From Mobula hypostoma (taxonomy: Eukaryota): a stretch of DNA of 64,000 nucleotides. This document shows, piece by piece, positions 12,039-22,394 of the stretch. The notes under the pieces were generated by a model, which was given only the letters and a program-made list of their open reading frames with translations, had not been told where the DNA came from and searched no databases. The stretch lies in the NCBI RefSeq assembly GCF_963921235.1, contig NC_086098.1, positions 242,668,001 through 242,732,000 of the forward strand, read 5' to 3'. The position numbers were made by a program, and so were the translations under genes. Each line of letters opens with the position of its first letter. Positions within the stretch are counted from its first letter, which is position 1.

Positions 12039-13272
12039 AGAAACATAGAAACATAGAAAATAGGTGCAGGAGTAGGCCATTCGGCCCTTCGAGCCTGCAC
12101 CGCCATTTATTATGATCATGGCTGATCATCCAACTCAGAACCCCGCCCCAGCTTTCCCTCCATACCCCCTGACCCCCATAGCCACAAGGGCCATATCTAA
12201 CTCCCTCTTAAATATAGCCAATGAACTGGCCTCAACCGTTTCCTGTGGCAGAGAATTCCACAGATTCACCACTCTCTGTGTGAAGAAGTTTTTCCTAATC
12301 TCGGTCCTAAAAGGCTTCCCCTTTATCCTCAAACTGTGACCCCTTGTTCTGGACTTCCCCAACATCGGGAACAATCTTCCTGCATCTAGCCTGTCCAATC
12401 CCTTTAGGATTTTATACGTTTCAATCAGATCCCCCCTCAATCTTCTAAATTCCAACGAGTACAAGCCCAGTCAATCCAGTCTTTCTTCATATGAAAGTCC
12501 TGCCATCCCAGGAATCAATCTGGTGAACCTTCTTTGTACTCCCTCTATGGCAAGGATGTCTTTCCTCAAATTAGGGGACCAAAACTGCACACAATACTCC
12601 AGGTGTGGTCTCACCAAGGCCTTGTACAACTGCAGTAGTACCTCCCTGCTCCTGTACTCGAATCCTCTCGCTATGAATGCCAGCATACCATTCGCCTTTT
12701 TCACCGCCTGCTGTACCTGCATGCCCACTTTCAATGACTGGTGTATAATGACACCCAGGTCTCGTTGCACCTCCCCTTTTCCTAATCGGCCACCATTCAG
12801 ATAATAATCTGTTTTCCTATTTTTGCCACCAAAGTGGATAACTTCACATTTATCCACATTAAATTGCATCTGCCATGAATTTGCCCACTCACCCAACCTA
12901 TCCAAGTCACTCTGCATCCTCTTAGCATCCTCCTCACTGCTAACACTGCCGCCCAGCTTCATGTCATCCGCAAACTTGGAGATGTTGCATTTAATTCCCT
13001 CATCCAAGTCATTAATATATATTGTAAACAACTGGGGTCCCAGCACTGAGCCTTGCGGTACCCCACTAGTCACCGCCTGCCATTCTGAAAAGGTCCCGTT
13101 TATTCCCACTCTTTGCTTCCTGTCTGCTAACCAATTCTCCATCCACATCAATACCATACCCCCAATACCGTGTGCTTTAAGTTTGCACACTAATCTCCTG
13201 TGTGGGACCTTGTCAAAAGCCTTTTGAAAATCCAAATATACCACATCCACTGGTTCTCCCCTATCCACTCTA
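12039..13272 (-). mobile_element. Young 5'-truncated CR1 LINE in PKLR intron 1, 6-bp TSD
   Basis: RT ORFs 12135-13268; (TTTCTATG)n 3' tail; TGAAAT at 12033-12038 and 13273-13278. Confidence 0.92.
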
Positions 13273-13515
13273 TGAAATGATCAATGTGTGCGAGTGTGTA
13301 AGTGTCAGAGGCAGTGGAGAGAATCTCAGACCTTGTTCCCTCCTCACCTCATGAGTGATGTGGCTGATGAGACACCGGGGGAGGAATTGAGCAAGGGAGG
13401 AAGGGGGCAAGCAGTATGAGGGGTTGCCTGATGGGGAGGGAGGACTGCTGGGTGAGATGAGGGTAGTAGAGGAAGGCAGGGAGGGGAGCTGAGGGAAACA
13501 AGAGCGGCTACAAAC

Positions 13516-13522
13516 CTGCCAT
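13516..13522 (-). CDS. PKLR: PKLR liver-type first coding micro-exon (ATG GCA G)
   Basis: Minus strand reads gaaaATGGCAG|gtttgt: strong Kozak context, 7 coding nt, phase 1, which joins exon 2 in frame (MAESGRRFS...). Mirrors the 7-nt mammalian L-type exon (ATG GAA G). Confidence 0.75.
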
Positions 13523-13614
13523 TTTCAGCAATTTCTCTGATGGGGTTCTGTCCTACGCAGTGTCCCTGAGCTCTGAGCACAGTTCAATGTCCGTCTGTGA
13601 GATCTGAGACCTGG

Positions 13615-13628
13615 GGTAATAATTAACC
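13615..13628 (-). promoter_or_regulatory. HNF1-like site in the putative L-type PKLR promoter
   Basis: Minus strand GGTTAATTATTACC, 12/13 match to the HNF1 consensus GTTAATNATTAAC, about 95-105 bp upstream of the ATG. Confidence 0.65.
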
Positions 13629-14124
13629 CTACAGATAGAATGCAGGAGCACCCTGCTCCCTCCTCCCAGTTAGCCTCTAGCCCACATTTCCCATTCCTGT
13701 CTGTGGTCCCTCTCTCCTCCACATCCCTTGCCCTCCCATTCTCTCCTGCCAGTCTCTGTCACTTCCCAGGTCACTATCCAGTGACCCCAGGGTTAGAGAG
13801 AGAGGGGGTATCAGCCAGTGTTTCTGCTCCCCATCACTGCCCAGTGACCCTGGGGTTAGTGAGAGGGGGTGAAATCAGCCTGGGGCATCACCCTCGACCT
13901 TCAGCCAACTGGAGCCTAGAGCCAAAAATCCCAGAACTCTGGGGTGGGGGAGAGGGGGTGCTTCATTCTGGAGTGAGCTGCACTGGACCAAGCGGGTCGA
14001 GGGCACAGAAATGGATGAAGGGATCTCAGAGGGACTGAGTGGGTCTATGAGGGGATGTCGAGGGACTGAAGCGGATCTCAGAGGGACTGAGGCAGATAGA
14101 AATACAGAAAACCTACAGCACAAT

Positions 14125-14510
14125 TGTGTTCGTCCATTGTCAACGTCGATGAGGACCTCAACACCATTTTGATGGTGTTGAGACTAGCGCGTGATTTGGA
14201 TTTAAGTGAGGGAGAGTTGCGCAGCGTCAGCCTCACTCTCTCTTCCCAATTCCCATCTGGATCCAGTGGCAAGACAGATTCGAGACGGCTGGAGATGGGA
14301 CGAGGCGCAGTGGATGACCAGGACGTCTTCTGTGTCTTGTCCTGCTCTACACAGTTCTATGACACTTGCAGAGACCGCCTTCTTGACCGTTGGACCTTCC
14401 GTAGGTCTCGTCCGCTCAATCCGCCGGAGTCTGTCTTCACATGCTGGAATAGACAACTCCCAATATCACCGAGGGTTTGAGACCCGTCGGCTACCCTCAC
14501 CTGGTTTAGC
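14125..14510. mobile_element. Probable RTE-clade retroelement UTR fragment
   Basis: ttggatttaagtgagggag...cagcctcactctctc...tccagtggc and ccctcacctggtttag resemble RTE-family non-coding sequence as recalled; not verified. Confidence 0.45.
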
Positions 14511-14980
14511 TAGGGAAGGGAGGGGGAGGGAATTACCGGAAGTTGGAGAATTCTATGTTCATACCAAGGGGCTGGAGACTACCTAGACAGTATATGAAGT
14601 GTTGCTCCTCCAACCTGAGTTTAGCCTCATCATGGTAGTACAGGAGGCCATGTGTAGACATATCCGAATGGGAATGTGAAGCAGAGTTGAAGTGGGTGGC
14701 AACCAGGAGATCCTGTCTGTTGTGGTGGATGGAGCAGAAGTGCTCGACGAAGCCGTCCCCCAATCTGCGTCGGGTTTCACCGATGTAGAGGAGGCTGCAC
14801 TGGGAGCACCGGGTGCAATAGATGACCCCAACAGACTCACAAGTGAAGTATTGTCTCACCTGGAAGGACTGTTTGGGGCCCTAAATGGTGGCAAGAGAGG
14901 AGGTGTAGGGACAGGTGTAGCACTTAACGCTTACAGGGATAAGTGCCGGGTGGGAGATCTGTGGGGAGGGACGTGTGGAT
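14510..14980 (-). mobile_element. Penelope-like element fragment (GIY-YIG endonuclease region)
   Basis: ORF 14533-14859: GVIYCTRCSQCSLLYIGETRRRL...LRLEEQH...LQPLGMN. Confidence 0.85.
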
Positions 14981-14984
14981 CAGG

Positions 14985-15570
14985 GAGGGGATCTCAGAGG
15001 GAGTGAGGCAGATCTACAAGGGGATCTCAGAAGGAGTGAGGCAGATCTATGAGGGGATCTCAGTGAGGCAGATCTATGAGGGGATCTCAAAGGGACTGAG
15101 GCAGATCTATGAGGGGATCTCAGAGGGACTGAGGCAGATCTATGAGGGGATCTCAGAGGGACTGAGGCAGATCTATGAGGGGATTTCAGAAGGGACAGAG
15201 GCAGATCTATGAGGGGATCTCAGAGGGACTGAGGCAGATCTATGAGGGGATCTCAGAGGGGCTGAGACAGATCTATGAGGGGATCTCAGAGGGAGTGAGG
15301 CAGATCTATGAGGGGATCTCAGAGGGAGTGAGGCAGATCTATGAGGGGATCTCAGAGGGAGTGAGGCAGATCTATGAGGGGATCTCAGAGGGGCTGAGAC
15401 AGATCTATGAGGGGATTTCAGAGGGAGTGAGGCAGATCTATGAGGGGATCTCGGAGGGAGTGAGGCAGATCTATGAGGGGATCTCAGAGGGGCTGAGACA
15501 GATCTATGAGGGGATCTCAGAGGGAGTGAGGCAGATCTATGAGGGGATCTCAGATGGACTGAGGGATCTC
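14985..15570 (+). repeat. 33-bp minisatellite (gaggggatctcagagggactgaggcagatctat), about 17-18 copies
   Basis: Seen directly; produces the spurious YEGISEGLRQI ORFs. Degenerate units also at 14015-14098. Confidence 0.95.
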
Positions 15571-15749
15571 TGAGAGACTGAAGGAGTTCGCTGGGGGTCA
15601 GAGGAGTACAGAGGGGTTCCCTGTCAAACCAGGGGAGTCTCTGGGGAAATTGCAGGGATTTCTGAGAGGCATGGGGTTCTCTGGCGGACTGAGACAATGA
15701 CAGAGGCTCTGAGGTGATATTCCCCGCCCACCCCGAGGGTCATTCATTC

Positions 15750-16144
15750 CCATCTTCACCCCATTCCATTCGGTAGGCGGGACCACACCCTGCCCTGCTC
15801 TCTTATTGGTTAACTCCTCTCCCGCCTCTCCGACCCATCTGACGTCACGAACACTGCTACGCGCCCGATTGGTCATCGCCGCAGTTTCCCCATTCTCGTG
15901 CGATGCCGCCAGACCAATGGGGAAGCGGGAGATGGCGAGAGCCGCCTGGCAGAAGTCGGCGCTTTGGACGTCGGGAGCTGTAGTCTACTCGGCTGGACTA
16001 TATCGCGGTTTGGTAGGAAGCGGGAGGAGTAGAAGACGACAATTCCCAATACGACCCTCGGCACGGTTTTTTGACGCAAACTCAGTACCCGCACCTGGTA
16101 CTGTAAAGTGAACGGGAAGCAGAGTGACTGAGAACTGGAAGAAG
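15750..16144 (+). promoter_or_regulatory. FDPS: FDPS CpG-rich promoter and probable non-coding exon 1 (donor gaag|gtgggt after 16144)
   Basis: ATTGG at 15805 and 15868, CCAAT at 15914, CRE palindrome TGACGTCA at 15840-15847, SRE-like CTCGTGCGAT at 15895-15904, ACTAYRNNNCCCR motif at 15972-15984 (minus), high CpG content. Confidence 0.7.
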
Positions 16145-16216
16145 GTGGGTGTCGGGGATTCCGGCTCCGGGCTGATGGAGGCTATCCGGAGATCACGGGA
16201 CGATCCCTGACTCGGG

Positions 16217-16500
16217 GTGCTGCGGAAGAGAGATGTCCCCCGGCCCAGGGTGTTGGGTGCTGGGGAAGAGAGATGTCCCCCGGCCCAGGGTGTTGGGTGC
16301 TGGGGAAGAGAGATGTCCCCCGGCCCAGGGTGTTGGGTGCTGGGGAAGAGAGATGTCCCCCGGCCCAGGGTGTTGGGTGCTGGGGAAGAGAGATGTCCCC
16401 CGGCCCAGGGTGTTGGGTGCTGGGGAAGAGAGATGTCCCCCGGCCCAGGGTGTTGGGTGCTGGGGAAGAGAGAGTATCCCCCAGTCCAGGGTGTTGGGGG
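16217..16500 (+). repeat. 40-bp minisatellite (tggggaagagagatgtcccccggcccagggtgttgggtgc), about 6.5 copies
   Basis: Near-perfect tandem copies just inside FDPS intron 1. Confidence 0.95.
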
Positions 16501-17453
16501 GAGAGAGAGAGATTTTTCCCAGCCCAGAGTATTGGTGGAGGTGGTGGGGAGAGAGATTTCCCCTATCCCAGGTTGTTGGGAGGGCTGACACAGTTGATGT
16601 AGGGGAGGGGGAGGGTCCTAGGGTAGAGGGGTTTGGGGATCTGCAGACACTAGGGTAGGGGTGTGGGAGAGTTCCGTCCCCCCACCAGTCCCAGAAAGAT
16701 CCTGCATTCAGGGCGGTGGGAGAGGGGACGGAAGTTGAGGGAGGTGAATGGTGATCTGGTCAGGATCTGGAGGCATGGATGAGTGGGAGCGGGAGGTGGA
16801 GGTGGGTAATGCAAAGGAAGGAGGGGCTTGGGTTAGATTAAGATGGGGGTGGAAAATGTGGGGCTGGATTGAGCGGGAGGTCCTGGGCACGTGGGTGCAG
16901 GAAGAAATGGACAGCAGCAGGGAGTAGGCTGAAAGGTGATTGGGAAGGGATCCTGGCTACAGCATCACTATGTGAGCAGGGAGTTTTGTGTCCACGTTTG
17001 GGCTGTGAGGAGATCCTGGCCCCAGAGGCCCCATCGTTCTGAGGGAGATGGGGTGGAGAGGCTGCTAGGAACAGGGAGCGCCGTGCTGCCGGAGAGGCAG
17101 TGAGTGGAGAGAGCCGCGCTGTGGTAAAGGCGGCGAGGAGGGAGCGCTGTGCTGTGGGGGTGGAAATGAGGAGGGAGAGCCGCACTCCAGAGAGGCAGCA
17201 AGAATGAAGCGCTGCGCTCGGGGAGAGGCGATGAGGGAGCACTGCCCTCCGTGAGGGGCATCTTCCCCCAGCTAACCTTCCTCCCTTGCACAACGTGACA
17301 GATGAACATGCAGTGTGGAGGACTGTGGTATCTTGCTGTGTGCGTTGCAGTGGCCCGGGGTGTAGGGAGTGAGTCTCCGGCCGCCCTCCCCGCCCCAGCG
17401 TTAATGGCCGTGCCCACGCGGGCCGCTGTTTGTTGTTGTAGAGCCGCCATGCC

Positions 17454-17538
17454 ATGTTCCGCCAGATGCTGCGAGCCGTGATGCTGGCTCCTCGCCTGGG
17501 CCACTGTGCCAAGTGGAGGGAGCTCACCTGGAGTCCCG
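17454..17538 (+). CDS. FDPS: FDPS upstream coding exon giving an N-terminal extension (MFRQMLRAVMLAPRLGHCAKWRELTWSP)
   Basis: Acceptor ttgtag ending 17441, donor G|gtaagc after 17538; 85 coding nt, phase 1; splices in frame to 22121 (G-R-L-T-M). Confidence 0.7.
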
Positions 17539-20500
17539 GTAAGCTGGGCCACGAAGGATGGGGGCTGCCCGTGGGGAGGAGACTACCCATGTTCCCATGG
17601 CCTGTTGACCTGTTCTCAACCCCATTTTGACCCGCATAACCCCTGACCCTGTCTTGACCCTTTCCTAACCCGCATGTTAGAGTCACTTTGCGCTACAGCA
17701 CAGAAACTGGCCATTCGGCCCATTGAGTCTAAGCTGGCCTGGTATTCTACTTGGTTCCATCTGCCTACACCCGGACCATAGCCCTGCATACCCCTCCCAT
17801 CTGCATTCTTTTCAAAACTTCTCTTGCATGTTACAATCAAACACGCATCCATTACTTCCACTGGCAGCTTGGTTCACGTTCACACCACACTCAAGTTCCC
17901 CTTAAATATTTCATTTTCCACCCTGAACCAATGACCTCTGGTTCTAGGCTCGTCCAAGATGAAGGGACGTCCAAGATGCCTGTCTGTAGCCATCATAATT
18001 TTTTATACCTCAAAGGTTCATTTTATTATCAAAGTATGTGTGCAGGATGTGTGAGATTCGTCTTCTCCAGATCCATGAAATACAGAAAGACCATGGACAT
18101 CATTGAAAGAAAAGACATCAACCCCCCCACCCCACAAGAAAAAGAAACAAAAGCTCGCAAACCCTAAACTCCCCCCTTGCACAAAAACGAACAGATCGCC
18201 CACATGGAAAATGGCAGCTAGAGCACCAAATCCCCAATCCCCTCCCTCGCAAAAAAAACTTAACATATTGCCCTCAAGGAAAACAAAACAGGGGAAAACC
18301 CTGACGCCCCCCCCCCCCGGATACAGAAAAACACTAACAAGAACATTAATCCCCAAATCCCCATCCCCTCCCTCGCACAAAAATGAACATATCGCCCACA
18401 AGGACATCAAACCCCCGACCCACCAATCGGCAACACGAAAGAAAACTGAAGGAGACCAATGTAAACTACACTCCACACCAATAATCACATAAATCTCAGA
18501 ATTTCAAAACCATCCTCCATCAGCATCGAGGAGAACAACTGCTTGGAATCAGTTCTTCTGTGGAAAGTGTCCACCAACCAGGCCTCCTCCACATTCGCCT
18601 CGATAAGACCTCCCCTCATTCTCCTACGCTCCAAGAAATAAAGTCCTAACCTATTCAACCTTTCCCGAGAACTCAGGTCCTGGCAACATCCACGTAATCT
18701 TCCTTAGTACTCTTTCAAGCTTACTAATATAATTCCTGTAGCTGGTGACCAGATATCCACACGATACTCCAAATTTTCCCTTGCCAGCATCTTATACAAT
18801 TTCAACATTACATCCCAACTCCTATACTCAATACATTGATTTATGAAGGCCAATGTGCCGAAGGCTTTCTATTCTATCCTATCTACCGGTGACACCACTT
18901 TCAAGGAATTATGGATCTGTATTCCCAGATCCCTCTGTTCCACCACTCTCCTCAGTGCCCGACTGTTCACAGTGGCCTACCCTGGCCAGCACCTCACACT
19001 TGTCTGCACTAAGTTCCATCTGCTATTTTTCCAGTTGGTCCAAATAACTTTGCAAGCTTTGCTGGGCTTTCTTGCTGCCCAGATTTTGACCCACATAAAT
19101 TCGTGTCCCCTGCTCAAACCTATGCTGGCCCCACCTTGACCCCCATAACCTCCCTAATCCTGTATTAACTCTTCCTCGACGCTGACTCCGAATCTAAATA
19201 CCGTGACCCTTGTCCTGTCTCCTCTTCAATCCCACCTTGACCCCCGACCTCACCTTGAACTTGCTGTGATCCCCACGACCTCAACCCCAACTTGGCTTCG
19301 CCCCGCCGGCCCCAACCCCAGACGCCCCGCAGTCGGTGCAGAACCGGCGCTCGAAGGTCCAGCCCTCACACCTGGCCAAGTGCGGGCAGCGTAATGCCAG
19401 TACACAGCAAGATCCCACAGCTCTTCCCATGCAGTTGGCCGTGGGTTGAAATGTTTGCTTCCTCATTGCGTGTAGTGGGGTTTGCTGACAATGTGGATGG
19501 TGGCCTTGGGTAGTGAGGTGATGAGAGTCACACAGCATGAAAACAGACCCTTCAGCCCATCTCGGACCATGTTGTCCAGCAAGCAAGTTCCCCCTGCCCA
19601 CAGCTCTTTACACCTCCCCTTATCTAGATGGCTTTTAAACTTTTCTAATGTGCCTGCTTCAACCACGATTTGTGACAGCTCGTTCCAACTACCCACTGCC
19701 CCTGAAATCCCTTTCAAGCCTCTCCCCTCTGATCTTAAACCTATGCCCGCTTGATTTTTCTTTTTGTACCCCCTCTCCAGGGGGAGGAAAGACTGTGTGT
19801 TACGTGTCCCACACAAAATGCTGGAGGAACTCAACAGGTCAGGTGGCACCTATGGTACGGAATGAGGAGTTGACGTCTCGGCCCTTCATCGGGGCACAGG
19901 ACAAAGGTCTCGGCCCGAAACGTCGACTCTTTATTCTCCTGCATAAGTGCTGCCTGGCCTGCTGAGTTCCTCCACCTTTTTGTGTGTGTTGCTCTGGATT
20001 TCCAGCTTCTGCAGAATCTCTTTTTTTTTTGTGTTTCATTGTTTGAAATGCAAAACCTCGGATTAAATTCCTTTTGCCGCTGCTCAGTCAAACTTTCCAT
20101 CTGAATAATATCCTACTTTTCTCGCTGTCCTCAACACTAGTCTTCTCATCGCCTGAGGGAGCGTATGTGGGCTATAACTCTGATAAATGTTAGGAGATGC
20201 ATTCTAATGAGGGCAAGACATGCCCAGGAACGGTGGGGTCTTGGGGAATTCTGGGGACCCTTGGTATTCAAGCCTGATGATCCTTGAAGGTGGCAATGCA
20301 GGTGAAGGCACACGGGTTACGGGCCTCCACTGGACACCTTGTACTCTGTCTCTATAAGCCACCGGCCAGACCTTGTGTGTGCAGACCTGGTCACTGCACT
20401 ACAGGAAGGATGTGATGGCGTTAGAGAGAGCGCAGAGGAGATTCCCCAGGATTGTTGCCCGTTAGGAATGTTTCAGTTAATTGGGAGGCTGGGTCTGTCC

Positions 20501-20619
20501 TCCCTGGAGCAGAGGAGATTAAGGATGGAGATGATTGAGCTGTATAGATAGGGTAGATGGCAGGATTCCCCAGGTCAGAGGTCAGACAAGGTTTACAGGG
20601 GGAGGGGTAAGAGATTCTC

Positions 20620-21548
20620 AGAGAATCAGAATCCTTTATTATCGCCAAGTCTGTGGACACATACAGGGAATTTGATGCCGTTTTCCCTGAGCTCTCGCTG
20701 TACAGAATCAAAAAGCAAACAAAACAATAGTGCAAATGATCGTGAATTATATACAATGAGGTATACCTGTGTATGTACAGGTGGACTTGGTTTATAATAG
20801 ACTAAAATTTGAGTGTTCATAAGACTGATGGCATACGGAAAGAAACTGTTCTTGTACCTATTTGTCCTGGCACACTGTGATCTAAAACGCCTACCGGAAG
20901 GAAGGAGTTGGAACAGGTGATGTCCAGGGTGGGATGGGTTTACAATGATGCTGCTTGCTTGCTTCCTGACTCTAGATGCATAGAAGTCCTGGATCGAGGG
21001 CAGCTTCACACCAATAATCCTTTCCGCAGCCCTGACAGTTCTATGGAGTCTATTCTTGTCTTGTTTCGTAGCTGATCCAAACCAGACAGTGATGGACGAA
21101 TAGAGAACAGACTGGATTATTCCTGGATAGAATTGAATCAGCAGCTCCTGAGGCAGGTTGTACTTCCTGAGCTGACGTAGGAAATACAAACTCTGCTGAG
21201 CCTTTTTGATAAGAGTGTCCGCGTTGGGTGTCCACTTCAGGTCCTGGGAGATTGTGACACCCAGAAACCTGAAGGTCTCCACAGCAGACACAATACTGTT
21301 GAGTACAGTGAGTGGGGGGAGTATTGGGGGGCTCCTCCTGAAGTCCACTGTCATCTCCACAGTCTTGAGCGTATTTAGCTCCAGATTGTTCTGACCACAC
21401 TAAAGGGCCAGCCGTTTCACCACCCGTCTGTATGCAGACTCATCAGCGTCTCAGATAAGGCCAATGACAGTTGTGTCGTCTGCAAACTTCAGGAGTTTTA
21501 ACAGATGGATCCTGTGTGGTGCAGTCATTAGTGTAAAGGGTGAGAGGG
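20620..21548 (-). mobile_element. Rex1/Babar-type LINE 3' part inserted in a CR1 remnant
   Basis: ORF 20626-21360: VDFRR, FRFLG..IS.DLKW, KKAQQ.LYFLRQLRK, SITVWFG, LLPSGRR; (GATTCT)n-like tail. Confidence 0.85.
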
Positions 21549-22120
21549 ACCTTCACCCAGAAAGTGGCAAGTAGCTGGAAGACACTGCCAGAAAGAGCAG
21601 AGTCACTGACACCAGTTAAGACTTGTCTGAGTGGGCACTTGAATTTCTCTCCCCACCCTACCCCAATAGAGAGGCCTGTGGACCAAGTGCGGAGAGGGTG
21701 GGATTTGTACAGATGGGTGCCCACTGGTCGAATGATGAGCTGGCCTGAAGAGTTTGTGTCTCTGCTGTGTAACTCTAAATATATTACATCTACCACGCCA
21801 CCCATAGTGACCCTCCTGCCCCCTCCTGCTGTTTGAAAGTGTTCAAGGTTTGTCCAGTGAACTGATTAATATGGACGGGTGCCCGCAGGTCAGCGCCATG
21901 CTGTAGGTGAGGTGGTGAGGAAGGAGTGCCGTGCTGTGGGAGGGACGGTGAGAAGAGAGCGCTGTGTGTAAGAGAGTGCGCCATGCTGTAGGAAGGGTGG
22001 TGAGGAGGGGGCGCCACAATGTTAGAGGGGTGGTGAGGAGGGAGCACTGCACAACAGCACTCCAGAGTCCTGGGCCATGATGCCCAGCGTGACCTCTGCC
22101 CTGACCTCTCACCCCTGCAG

Positions 22121-22269
22121 GCCGCCTGACCATGAATTCAGACAAGAGGCCCCGGGTGAATGGCGACAGCGAGGATTTTGACCGTATCTTCAATCAGGTG
22201 GTAGGCGACCTGACCCAGGAGGACCTGAAGCACCCAGAGATCGGGGATGCCATCAAACGGCTGAAGGAG
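22121..22269 (+). CDS. FDPS: FDPS exon with the short-isoform ATG at 22132 (MNSDKRPRV...HPEIGDAIKRLKE)
   Basis: Acceptor ctgcag ending 22120, donor gtgcgg at 22270; HPEIGDAI is typical of the vertebrate FPPS N-terminus. Confidence 0.92.
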
Positions 22270-22394
22270 GTGCGGTTGTGGCTGGCGGGGGGGGGCGAAG
22301 GGTGGGAGGGTGGAGACCACAGCCCAGGGTAGAGACCAGTAACCCCTGGCTGTGGGACTTCAGACCAGGTCCCTGTGATGTGGAGACAGGGTAA

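Larger units (their letters stand above)
591..13522 (-). other. PKLR: PKLR gene span (pyruvate kinase L/R); 3' exons lie beyond the left edge of the window
   Basis: Eight exons join in frame (7+192+92+132+187+271+151+153 = 1185 nt). PK motifs: [62 protein letters not shown]. Internal exon sizes 92/132/187/271/151/153 match the vertebrate PK layout as recalled. PKLR rather than PKM because of the [15 protein letters not shown]-terminus, the RRxS site and adjacency to FDPS. Confidence 0.93.

Noticed and set aside
13343-13352. ATGAG|gtgagg as the PKLR first exon
   Set aside because: Phase 2, out of frame with the 9592 acceptor; the phase-1 frame has TGA immediately before the donor. The 13516-13522 candidate fits.
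14943-15697. Repetitive ORFs (YEGISEGLRQI)n, and likewise 52715-53478 and 16193-16658
   Set aside because: Translations of minisatellites with no splice or homology support.
10895-16500. Regular short repeats that might be read as CRISPR arrays
   Set aside because: Head-to-tail tandem units without unique spacers, no cas genes, and a vertebrate context: these are minisatellites.
19333-19379. Possible extra FDPS leader exon
   Set aside because: 47 nt shifts the frame and gives TGA on joining 22121.
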